Assembly: GCA_964016885.1 (NCBI GenBank)
Contig: OZ024764.1
Coordinates: forward strand, 25,792,001-25,856,000
DNA: 64,000 nucleotides
Direction of reading: 5' to 3'
Source of the DNA: Eledone cirrhosa
Lineage: Eukaryota
Every line of letters begins with the position of its first letter. The stretch's first letter is position 1. Below the pieces are notes generated by a model that searched no databases, was not told where the DNA came from, and worked only from the letters and a program-made list of their open reading frames with translations. Position numbers and translations under genes: made by a program. This document shows positions 52,801 to 64,000 of this stretch, in pieces.

Positions 52801-55800
52801 GTCTATTTAATACAGTACCAGTACCAGTAACACACTGAGGTCTATTTAATACAGTACTAGTACCAGTAACACACTGGGGTCTATTTAATACAGTACCAGT
52901 AACACACTGGGGTTTATTTAATACAGTACTAGTACCACACTGGGGTCTATTTAATACAGTACCAGTAACGCACTGGAGTCTATTTAATACAGTACCAGTA
53001 ACACACTGGGGTCTATTTAATACAGTACCAGTACCAGTACCACACTGGTGTCTATTTAATACAGTACTAGTACCAGTAACACACTGGGGTCTATTTAATA
53101 CAGTACTAGTACCACACTGGGGTCTATTTAATACAGTACCAGTAACACACTGGGGTCTATTTAATACAGTACCAGTAACACACTGGGGTCTATTTAATAC
53201 AGTACCAGTACCAGTAACACACTGCGGTCTATTTAATACAGTACCAGTACCAGTAACACACTGGGGTCTATTTAATACAGTACCAATACCAGTAACACAC
53301 TGGAGTCTATTTAATACAGTAGCAGTAACACACTGGGGTGTTTTTAATACAGTACTAGTACCACACTGGGGTCTATTTAATACAGTACCAGTAATACACT
53401 GGGGTCTATTTAATACAGTACCAGTAACACACTGGGGTCTATTTAATACAGTACCAGTACCAGTAACACACTGCGGTCTATTTAATACAGTACCAGTACC
53501 AGTAACACACTGGGGTCTATTTAATACAGTACCAGTACCAGTAACACACTGGGGTCTATTTAATACAGTACCAGTACCACACTCGGGTCTATTTAATACA
53601 GTACCAGTACCACACTGGAGTCTATTTAATACAGTACCAGTAACACACTGGTGTCTATTTAATACAGTACCAGTACCAGTAACACACTGGGGTCTACTTA
53701 ATACAGTACCAGTAACACACCGGGGTCCATTTAATACAGTACCAGTAACACACTGGGGTCTATTTAATACAGTACCAGTACCACACTGGAGTCTATTTAA
53801 TACAGAACCAGTACCACACTGGAGTCTATTTAATACAGTACCAGTACCAGGACCACACTGGGGTCTATTTAATACAGTACCAGTAACACACTGGTGTCTA
53901 TTTAATACAGTACCAGTACCACACTGGAGTCTATTTAATACAGAACCAGTACCACACTGGAGTCTATTTAATACAGTACCAGTACCAGGACCACACTGGG
54001 GTCTATTTAATACAGTACCAGTAACACACTGGTGTCTATTTAATACAGTACCAGTACCACACTGGAGTCTATTTAATACAGAACCAGTACCACACTGGAG
54101 TCTATTTAATACAGTACCAGTACCAGGACCACACTGGGGTCTATTTAATACAGTACCAGTAACACACTGGTGTCTATTTAATACAGTACCAGTACCACAC
54201 TGGGGTCTATTTAATACAGTACCAGTAACACACTGGGGTCTATTTAATACAGTACCAGTACCACACTGGGGTCTACTTAATACAGTACCAGTAACACACT
54301 GGGGTCTATTTAATACAGTACCAGTACCACACTGGGGTCTATTTAATACAGTACCCGTAACACACTGGGGTCTATTTAATACAGTACCAGTAACACACTG
54401 GAGTCTATTTAATACAGTACCAGTACCACACTGGGGTCTATTTAATACAGTACCAGTACCAGTAACACACTGGGGTCTATTTAATACAGTACCAGTACCA
54501 GTAACACGCTGAGGTCTATTTAATACAGTACTTGTACCAGTAACACACTGATGTCTATTTAATACAGTACCAGTACTACACTGGGGTCTATTTAATACAG
54601 TACCAGTAACGCACTGGAGTCTATTTAATACAGTACCAGTAACACACTGGGGTCTATTTAATACAGTACCAGTACCAGTACCACACTGGTGTCTATTTAA
54701 TACAGTACTAGTACCAGTAACACACTGGGGTCTATTTAATACAGTACTAGTACCACACTGGGGTCTATTTAATACAGTACCAGTAACACACTGGGGTCTA
54801 TTTAATACAGTACCAGTAACACACTGGGGTCTATTTAATACAGTACCAGTACCAGTACCACACTGGTGTCTATTTAATACAGTACTAGTACCAGTAACAC
54901 ACTGGGGTCTATTTAATACAGTACCAGTAACACACTGGGGTCTATTTAATACAGTACCAGTACCACACTCGGGTCTATTTAATACAGTACCAGTACCACA
55001 CTGGAGTCTATTTAATACAGTACCAGTAACACACTGGTGTCTATTTAATACAGTACCAGTACCAGTAACACACTGGGGTCTATTTAATACAGTACCAGTA
55101 ACACACCGGGGTCCATTTAATACAGTACCAGTAACACACTGGGGTCTATTTAATACAGTACCAGTAACACACTGGGGTCTATTTAATACAGTACCAGTAC
55201 CAGTAACACGCTGAGGTCTATTTAATACAGTACCAGTACCACACTAGGTTTATTTAATACAGTACCAGTACCACACTGGAGTCTATTTAATACAGTACCA
55301 GTAACACACTGGGGTCTATTTAATACAGTACCAGTACCACACTGGTGTCAATTTAATACAGTACCAGTACCACACTGGTGTCAATTTAATACAGTACCAG
55401 TAACACACTGGTGTCTATTTAATACAGTACTAGTACCACACTGGAGTCTATTTAATACAGTACCAGTACCAGGACCACACTGGGGTCTATTTAATACAGT
55501 ACCAGTAACACACTGGTGTCTATTTAATACAGTACCAGTACCACACTGGGGTCTATTTAATACAGTACCAGTAACACACTGGGGTCTATTTAATACAGTA
55601 CCAGTACCACACTGGGGTCTACTTAATACAGTACCAGTAACACACTGGGGTCTATTTAATACAGTACCAGTACCACACTGGGGTCTATTTAATACAGTAC
55701 CAGTAACACACTGGAGTCTATTTAATACAGTACCAGTAACACACTGGGGTCTATTTAATACAGTACCAGTACCACACTGGGGTCTATTTAATACAGTACC

Positions 55801-57435
55801 AGTACCACACTGGGGTCTATTTAATACAGTACCAGTACCAGTAACACACTGGGGTCTATTTAATACAGTACCAGTACCAGTAACACGCTGAGGTCTATTT
55901 AATACAGTACTAGTACCAGTAACACACTGAGATCTATTTAATACAGTACCAGTACTACACTGGGGTCTATTTAATACAGTACCAGTAACGCACTGGAGTC
56001 TATTTAATACAGTACCAGTAACACACTGGGGTCTATTTAATACAGTACCAGTACCAGTACCACACTGGTGTCTATTTAATACAGTACTAGTACCAGTAAC
56101 ACACTGGGGTCTATTTAATACAGTACTAGTACCACACTGGGGTCTATTTAATACAGTACCAGTAACACACTGGGGTCTATTTAATACAGTACCAGTAACA
56201 CACTGGGGTCTATTTAATACAGTACCAGTAACACACTGGGGTCTATTTAATACAGTACCAGTACCAGTAACACACTGCGGTCTATTTAATACAGTACCAG
56301 TACCAGTAACACACTGGGGTCTATTTAATACAGTACCAATACCAGTAACACACTGGAGTCTATTTAATACAGTAGCAGTAACACACTGGGGTGTTTTTAA
56401 TACAGTACTAGTACCACACTGGGGTCTATTTAATACAGTACCAGTAATACACTGGGGTCTATTTAATACAGTACCAGTAACACACTGGGGTCTATTTAAT
56501 ACAGTACCAGTACCAGTAACACACTGCGGTCTATTTAATACAGTACCAGTACCAGTAACACACTGGGGTCTATTTAATACAGTACCAGTACCAGTAACAC
56601 ACTGGGGTCTATTTAATACAGTACCAGTACCACACTCGGGTCTATTTAATACAGTACCAGTACCACACTGGAGTCTATTTAATACAGTACCAGTAACACA
56701 CTGGTGTCTATTTAATACAGTACCAGTACCAGTAACACACTGGGGTCTATTTAATACAGTACCAGTAACACACCGGGGTCCATTTAATACAGTACCAGTA
56801 CCAGTAACACACTGGGGTCTATTTAATACAGTACCAGTAACACACTGGGGTCTATTTAATACAGTACCAGTAACACACTGGTGTCTATTTAATACAGTAC
56901 CAGTAACACACTGGGGTCTATTTAATACAGTACAAGTAACATACTAGGTTTATTTAATACAGTACCAGTACCACACTGGAGTCTATTTAATACAGTACCA
57001 GTAACACACTGGGGTCTATTTAATACAGTACCAGTAACACACTGGGGTCTATTTAATACAGTACCAGTAACACACTGGTGTCTATTTAATACAGTACCAG
57101 TACCAGTAACACACTGGGGTCTATTTAATACAGTACCAGTAACACACTGGGGTCTATTTAATACAGTACCAGTAACACACTTTGGTCTATTTAATACAGT
57201 ACCAGTAACACACTGGCGTCTATTTAATACAGTACCAGTAACACACTGAGGTCTATTTAATACAGTACCAGTAACACACTGGGGTCTATTTAATACAGTA
57301 CCAGTAACACACTGGGGTCTATTTAATACAGTACCAGTAAGACACTGGGGTCTATTTATACAGTACCAGTAACACACTTGGGTCTATTTAATACAGTACC
57401 AGTACCACACTGGGGTCTATTTGATACAGTACCAA
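43848..57435. repeat. 33-bp satellite, ~13.6 kb, roughly 400 units
   Basis: Unit ggggtctatttaatacagtaccagtaacacact with 39-bp variants (extra accagt). Confidence 0.98.
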
Positions 57436-57444
57436 TATATATAT

Positions 57445-57700
57445 AGGTAAGTTATTCCGTGTTGAATCGGAGGTAATCACAGTAAGTAAGGTACTCAATA
57501 CATGGCAGAGTATAAAAGTTTTAATATAGATGAGATTCTACAGGACTAGAACTGTTTCATTCTTGACAAATCATGAAGAATCTGACTGTCCAAATAAATG
57601 TGGTGGTATTTATATCTTTTCGGGTGAGGGTGGAGAGTGGGATGGGTGGAGGTCATTGGATGAAAGAAAGGGGAATTCATTAAAAGCTAATTCTTTAATG
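57445..57700. repeat. Family K pLTR-like repeat
   Basis: ~57533-57697 is the reverse complement of ~60703-60868; degenerate TTGATGA-tttct..agaat-GAAA-cag-TT in the latter. Confidence 0.7.
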
Positions 57701-58064
57701 ATATAATTTATATTTAGAGTAATAAAGGCAGAAAGAATTCTATTAACAAGTTCAAATTGGGGTGCACTCCTTTTTTTTATGTTTCTCTGAAGCTAACAAT
57801 GCCTATATTTCAGATGTCTATAAGATGGTTGGGGGTCAGTCATGGTTGCTGGGTTAAAGAAGTGGAATTCTTTAAAAGCTAATTCTTTAAAGCTTTACTT
57901 AGAGTGACAAAGAATTCTATAAACAAGTTCAAATTTTGGGTGCTTCTCCTTATTATCAAGTTTCTCTTAAGCTATATTTCAGGTGTATACAAACACATTC
58001 TCACACACACACACAGATAAATATATATATATACACACATATATACATATATATATATATATAT

Positions 58065-58751
58065 TTATTTATTAAAATAACAGATTAAAATTTAAGCAAA
58101 GAATCGCTGCTTTCACCCTTAACGGGATCTTCTGAAACTAACAAAGTCAATCTGTGAACGCAGAAGTTAATATTTCAAAAAACATTGCAACCGGAGGAAG
58201 ACAGGAAGACGATACTTTGGTTCATGGTGACGTTCCCAGGCAAAGAACGGGAAAAAACGAATAATACGTCATTAAATGGAGCGGTGGAAAACAATTACAC
58301 GCAAAGACAGAACCACGTTTATGGTATAAAAGAAGTTGTAGACTAATGTTCTCTAAATGGTGCATAGAGACGTTCTCTGGCAATGAACGGAAAAAAACGA
58401 AGATAATACGTCATATGTGAAGCGGGGAGAACAATTGCACGCAAAGACAAAACCACGTAAATGGTATAACTGAAGTCGTAGACTAAAATTCTAACTAGGA
58501 GACCGAATGATTCTCGGCTTCAGAGTTAAGAATAAAGTAAATAAAATACAGAGGTAAATGAAATTAAATAAATACATGCACGCATCCATATACGTACATA
58601 CACAAGCATACGCGAAAACACTCGCCATAGGTATACAAATACACGCACGTACACAGAAAAAAAAAACCGCACACACATACAGAACCCACGCAACGCCTGT
58701 ACCCGCACACATACGAATGTATACACCAAAAACACATACAAATATATATTA

Positions 58752-58792
<41 letters not shown>

Positions 58793-59185
58793 CTGTGTGT
58801 AAGTGTATACATATAATTAAATAAACGTATATAAATAAATACGTATATAACAAGCTCACACACATACCTACATGTAAATACACTTATGTTCGGAGAGGTG
58901 CGTCAACCAAAACACGAAGTACACATATACACACACCCTACGTACGAACCCGCATACTCACACAGGCGCAAACTCACGTATACACATAACCAAAAGCATA
59001 TGTACCAGAAAAAAATAATATATACGCCAAACATATACAATCAAATATACGTACGAGAAAGTATACGTACCTTCACAAAACATACAGGTAAATATTTGCT
59101 CTACGGTTCTTATATATTTGATATATATTTATCATTATCGATTTATCTTCTTTGGATTTTAGTCTTCAAATTTATTATTATTACT
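58065..59185. repeat. Longer family F element with internal ~135-bp tandem duplication and inverted end
   Basis: 58065-58320 matches ~30020-30270; ~58230-58350 repeated ~58370-58490; 59095-59185 is the reverse complement of 29932-30020. Confidence 0.75.
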
Positions 59186-59307
59186 ATATATATATATATA
59201 TACACACACACACATATATATAAATATACATATATACACACACACACACACATATATAAATATACATATATACACACACACACACACATATATAAATATA
59301 CATATAT

Positions 59308-59410
<103 letters not shown>

Positions 59411-59533
59411 GGAGGTGAGTTTTATTGTAGTACAATAAAGCAATGCAGATATCGGATAAGAAGCACTCTACAATTTGTAGGACTGGAGTATACATAATAT
59501 ATAAGAACAAAAGATGGTTAAAAGAGTTCCATG

Positions 59534-59604
59534 TATTTTATTATGCGCATTTCAAAAACAAATATCATCATGCAATAATATTTGTGTTTTCATCAGATAA
59601 AACA
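59534..59604 (-). ncRNA. Hammerhead ribozyme (family J, second copy)
   Basis: Minus strand: tgttttat-CTGATGA-aaacacaaatattatt..gatgatatttgttttt-GAAA-tgcgca-TA-ataaaata. Confidence 0.75.
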
Positions 59605-60939
59605 GGAAGACATGATATGAAGGTTAAAAAACACTTGTGGATAGTTCAGTTTTAAATCAACATATGAGAAGTAGTTTTAGATTGATGTGTGATATTGGGG
59701 AAAAAATATTTTATTTTGAGGGGGGGGGTGGAAAGGATGAAAAAGAGGAGAGGATGAGAGTAAAAAGTGGAGAGGGAGGAGTATAATGAGGAAGGATGAG
59801 ATAGGAGGAGAGATGGGTGATAGAGAGAGAGAGATAGCTTTTATAACTGAGAAAGATATATTGTTTTACATAGAGAGGTTGAAAACCGTTGGAAGATAAT
59901 GTATAAATTAAAAGAATTTGAAAATTAACGAAGAGAAAAATAATGTAAAGTTGAGGTTTGTATATTGAGGGGTTTAATAATATGTGCGATGAAAAGAAAA
60001 TGTTAATATGTATTAAGAATAATATTTAAGGTTTTAATAATATGTGCGATGGAGAGAAAATGTTGATATGTATTATTAAAGGAACAACAGGTTATTTAAG
60101 TAAGGATATATTGTGAGATGAGCATGAATGAGTTAGATGAAAGGGAGAAAGGAATAATGAATTGAGGATGAATAATCTAACGTCAAAAAAATGTATATGT
60201 TTACGAAGGATTTTTACAAGGTGATATAGAGTAAGAATGTATTGTATTATGTAATAATTGATTCTATGTTAGGCAACAGTGAGAAAAGGTACAGATTAGG
60301 GGTTAGACATTAAAAGAAAAAGAGAAGAAAGGGAAGTGATAAATAGGAGCGATGTAGAATGAGTAACAAGTATTATAGAATGTATAATAAACTTTAATCT
60401 GTTATTTTAATAAATATATATATATATACATATATATATATACATATAACAATACATATACATACACACACATATACACATATAAATGTATATATATATA
60501 TGGAATACTGTTGGCTTCTTGCTACAATACTTTCATTTATATATATATACATACACACAAATATAGACATACATACCCATATGCAGGTACATATAAACGC
60601 ACGTACACACAAGCATATGCATACACACGTACACACAAGCATATGCATACACACGTACGGACACTCATACAAATACGTTCATATAAATATAAATTATAGC
60701 TGTAAAGAATTAGCTTTTAAAGAATTCCCCTTTCTTTCATCCAATGACCTCCACCCATCCCACTCTCCACCCTCTCCCGAAAAGATATAAATACCACCAT
60801 ATTTACTTGGACAGTCAGATTCTTGATGATTTCTCAAGAATGAAACAGTTCTAGTCCTGTAGAATCTTTTATATATATATATATATATAATATTATTCAA
60901 AATGTTAACAAATGAAAAATATTCTCATAATCAAAATAT

Positions 60940-61005
60940 ATATTTTATTATACATATTTCAAAGGTACAATGGTGTTTAAGTACGTTTTCATCAGGCAAA
61001 TTATA
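60940..61005 (-). ncRNA. Hammerhead motif (family C-related)
   Basis: Minus strand: aatttgc-CTGATGA-aaacgtac...gtaccttt-GAAA-tatgta-TA-ataaaat; stem I imperfect. Confidence 0.5.
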
Positions 61006-61057
61006 TGATTTGATATGTGACATACCGCTACGGTTCTGATTATTCAATTCCAGTATT

Positions 61058-61226
61058 GGCAGTGATTGGACGCCATGCTTTCTAGCACAGTTACGTCACT
61101 TTACGATCTGAGTTCAAATCCCGCCGAGGATAACTTTGCCTTTCATCCTTACGGGGTCGATAAAATAAAGTACCAGTAATGTACTGGGTAATTGCTGGCC
61201 TTGTGCCTAAAGTAGAAACAATTATA
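61058..61226 (+). mobile_element. SINE S1
   Basis: B-box, central block and gtagaaacaatt end. Confidence 0.85.
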
Positions 61227-61228
61227 TA

Positions 61229-61438
61229 TTTTACGTCCGCTTTTCCCTGCTTGCAAGGGTGGGACGGGTCTTATTCAGCAGAGCATCTCTCCACTTGTCG
61301 CGGTCCTTCGTCATCTCCACTGTGAGCTTCAATGATCTGAGGTCTGTTCTCACCACCTCCGCCCATGTTTTTCGTGGTCTACCTCTACCACGTCTTCCTT
61401 CACCTGGCATTTCCTGGCACTTCTTCACCCATCGGTCA
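61229..61438 (-). mobile_element. RTE-X-like LINE 3' fragment
   Basis: Nearly identical to 40529-40738. Confidence 0.85.
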
Positions 61439-61444
61439 TATATA

Positions 61445-61475
<31 letters not shown>

Positions 61476-61566
61476 TGTATGTATGTTTTCTCTTTCTCTT
61501 AATTTCGAGTATATTTTTTTGACCGGCCACCTTCCTGGTGGCAAGGTTGTAAAAGAAAAGAAATTG

Positions 61567-62370
61567 TCATCCCTTGAATCGCAAGAATGTTTTGCAAATT
61601 TTGAAGGTGCCAGCTTTCGCAGCCATTTGTAGACTATGAATTAGGGAGCTGCGCTTTTTGTCCGCAAATCCAAGTTCAGTCATACTTTGGTCCAAGCGGG
61701 TTGGTATATAACCCGTAGCTCCAATAATGATGGGTATGAAACTAAAGGTGTATCTTGGATACTGGATTTGTAAACTCCTCATCAATGGTCCGTAGATGTC
61801 CTCCTCCTCCTGTATTTTTCTGACAACGTTTACATCAAGTGGGCAGCTGATCTCCACAATAGAACACGTTTTCAATGTGTGGTCCCAAACAACAATATCA
61901 GGCCGGTTGTGCTTTAATTTGGTGGCAGTTTTTATTTTCAGGTTCCACCAGTATTCCTTAGTGCCATCTGTCTCAATATATTCTTCCTCGTTTGTTGTTA
62001 ATTTTGTTTTCTGAAGTGCGTTCCAGATGGTTCTAGCTATCCCATCGTGTCTCATGGGGAGGTAGTAGCGAGATGACATTCTTTCGCAGCTGGCAACAAT
62101 GTGGCTTACATCCTCGATCTTTGTTTTACATAGCCTACATTTATTGTCAGCTGCTGGCTCTCCTCTTTTGTGCAGCAGATATTTGGTAGGGAGTTCTTGT
62201 TCCTGTATTGCATAGAGATATCCCTCAAGGTGTGATGTCATAAACTTGTCGGAACTCCATGCCAGGCTTTTTGAGTGGTTTATCCCCTCTATGGTCTGTG
62301 TTTTACGCCTCAAGTATCCATGCATAACTTTTTCTGTAAATTGGTCAATTTTTTTATCTTGTTTGAACAT
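61567..62370 (-). pseudogene. CCHC + RLE (PD-D/E) endonuclease domain of R4-like element
   Basis: ORF 61567..62370. Confidence 0.85.
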
Positions 62371-64000
62371 TGAATAGGATCTCTCTGGGTGAGAGATTTA
62401 TATCAGGCTTTATTCCATATCTCTCCTCCAGATCAGTCGCTATTCTAATGATATTTCTTTTTTCATGCTCATAAACCTGGGCAAGATGGTTGCCAACCTT
62501 TTTCCTCTGTTGAAGGTGTTGCTTCAGTGTTACTATCCGGGTCTCATATGTTGTTAATATTGATTTTAGACCCCGGCCACCTTCCTTGCGTGAGAAGTAT
62601 AGCCTATCCACATCACCATTGATGTTAAAGTTCCCAGTAACACTGAGAAGTTTTCGAGTTCTAACATTCATCTCACTTAGTTCTTGCAATGACCAGTTCA
62701 GCAGGCCAAATGTTGGCGTTAGAATTGGCACAGCATAAGTATTGTGGGCAATGTATTTGTTGTATGCTGACAGTTCTGATGACCATATTTTCTTTACTTT
62801 TCTGAGGTATTCAGTTCTGGTTCTCTCCTTATTTATGGGTCCATCATATCTGACATTCTCATCCTGTCCAAGATATCTGTAGTTGTCACCTGACTGCAGA
62901 GGTTGTATTGTCAGGCCGTTCATCTCTAGATTTCTAGAGGAGGGCACAGCTCTTCCACGTTTTACTGCCAAATATGCACACTTGGACTCACCAAATTTCA
63001 TTTTGATGTCGGTTGAAAATTGTGTAATGAGGTCCAATTGTTTCTTGATGTCATTGATATTTGGCCCATACAACTTCAGGTCATCAACAAAGAAAAGATG
63101 GGAGATACTTCTGGGCCCACTTCTTTGTCCACCTTGTGTCCTGAGTAGGTAAGATAGTGGATTCAGTGAGAGAACGAAGAGTAGCACTGACAAGCTATCA
63201 CCCTGAAAGATGCCCTTCTGGTAATGTATCTTATCAGTCTTAACCTGCTCCTTCTCACTTCTAAGGATCAAATTGGTGCACCAGTTCTTGGTCAGGCGTT
63301 CAACAGCAGCTACCAATGGTTGTGGGAATTTAGCTAACTGTAAAGCCTTAATAATCCACCCATGATGTACACTATCAAATGCTTTTTGATAGTCCAGCCA
63401 CACCACAGTCATGTTTCTGCGATTCTTTGTTGTTTTTTCATGAATCATTTTGTTAGTTAGTAGGTGATCTATGCAACCCCACACCTCCCTCTTTCCACCA
63501 GCTTGCTCAGGTGTTATGATGTTGTTGGTAGCACAGTGATCCTGTAAGAACAGGTTAAGGCACCCAGTATATAATTTATACATGATGTTTTGGCAGGCAA
63601 TTGGGCGGTAATTTTTAGCAAGGGTGGTTTGGCTATTTTGGGGAATGAGAAGAGTAGTGGCAGTTGATAACCATCTGGGCAGTTCTTGTGTGCCTTTAAT
63701 GGTTTCTGTAAACAGCCGTATGAGATCTTGCCGATAGAAAGTGAAATTCTTCAACCAGTATCCTGTAATGAGGTCTGGGCCTGGCGATTTCCTATTCGAC
63801 ATTTTCTGTAGAGCTGTTTCCAGTATTGACCCATCTATGTCATATTGTTTTGTCTGGACATGTTGGCAGTAGTCCTGTTCCAGTTCTTTTAGCCAATTAG
63901 CTTGTCTGTTAAATCCGTCATCCGTTTCCCATACAGATCTACAGTAGCTCTCAACCTGTTCTTTTGAAGGGGTGTCGTTTACAGGGATTGAGCTTTTGCC
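62354..64000 (-). pseudogene. RT domain of R4-like element
   Basis: ORF 62354..63802, probably extending upstream. Confidence 0.85.

Larger units (their letters stand above)
61487..64000 (-). mobile_element. R4/Dong-like non-LTR retrotransposon (RT + CCHC + restriction-like endonuclease), continues beyond window
   Basis: KSPGPD, NYRPIAC, WLDYQKAFDSV, GIFQGDSLS, HLFFVDDLKLY; CRLCKTKIEDVSHIVASC, RHD, RPDIVVWD..VEIS; one frameshift near 62360; short 3'UTR abutting (CATA)n. Confidence 0.9.

Noticed and set aside
43848-57435. CRISPR array or repeat-protein gene
   Set aside because: Head-to-tail monomers without unique spacers, no cas genes, eukaryotic context; the short Cys-containing ORFs are by-products.

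Overview
Animal genomic DNA made almost entirely of repeats; no host protein-coding gene, tRNA/rRNA gene or CRISPR array is supportable. The tRNA-derived SINE families and very high (TA)n/(CA)n/(TATG)n content suggest an octopus/cephalopod (inference only). Contents: decayed non-LTR retrotransposons (RTE-BovB-like with C-terminal C2H2 fingers, two RTE-X-like APE+RT copies, three R4/Dong-like RT or RT-CCHC-RLE pieces); three Penelope-like elements (PLEs), one nearly intact with apparently identical pseudo-LTRs; many SINE copies; a 13.6-kb 33-bp satellite growing directly out of a SINE; a 45-bp array from the head of the same SINE; a 43-bp minisatellite; a 2.5-kb (ACY)n tract. The main unexplained structure is a set of about ten families of short, mostly fold-back (palindromic) non-coding elements inserted into (TA)n tracts. 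They carry roughly 20 minimal hammerhead-ribozyme motifs (CTGANGA...GAAA...TH) whose stem-III sequence changes between families but usually stays self-complementary. At least one family traces to the pseudo-LTR of a PLE in this window. All alignments and folds were done by eye, so boundaries are approximate.
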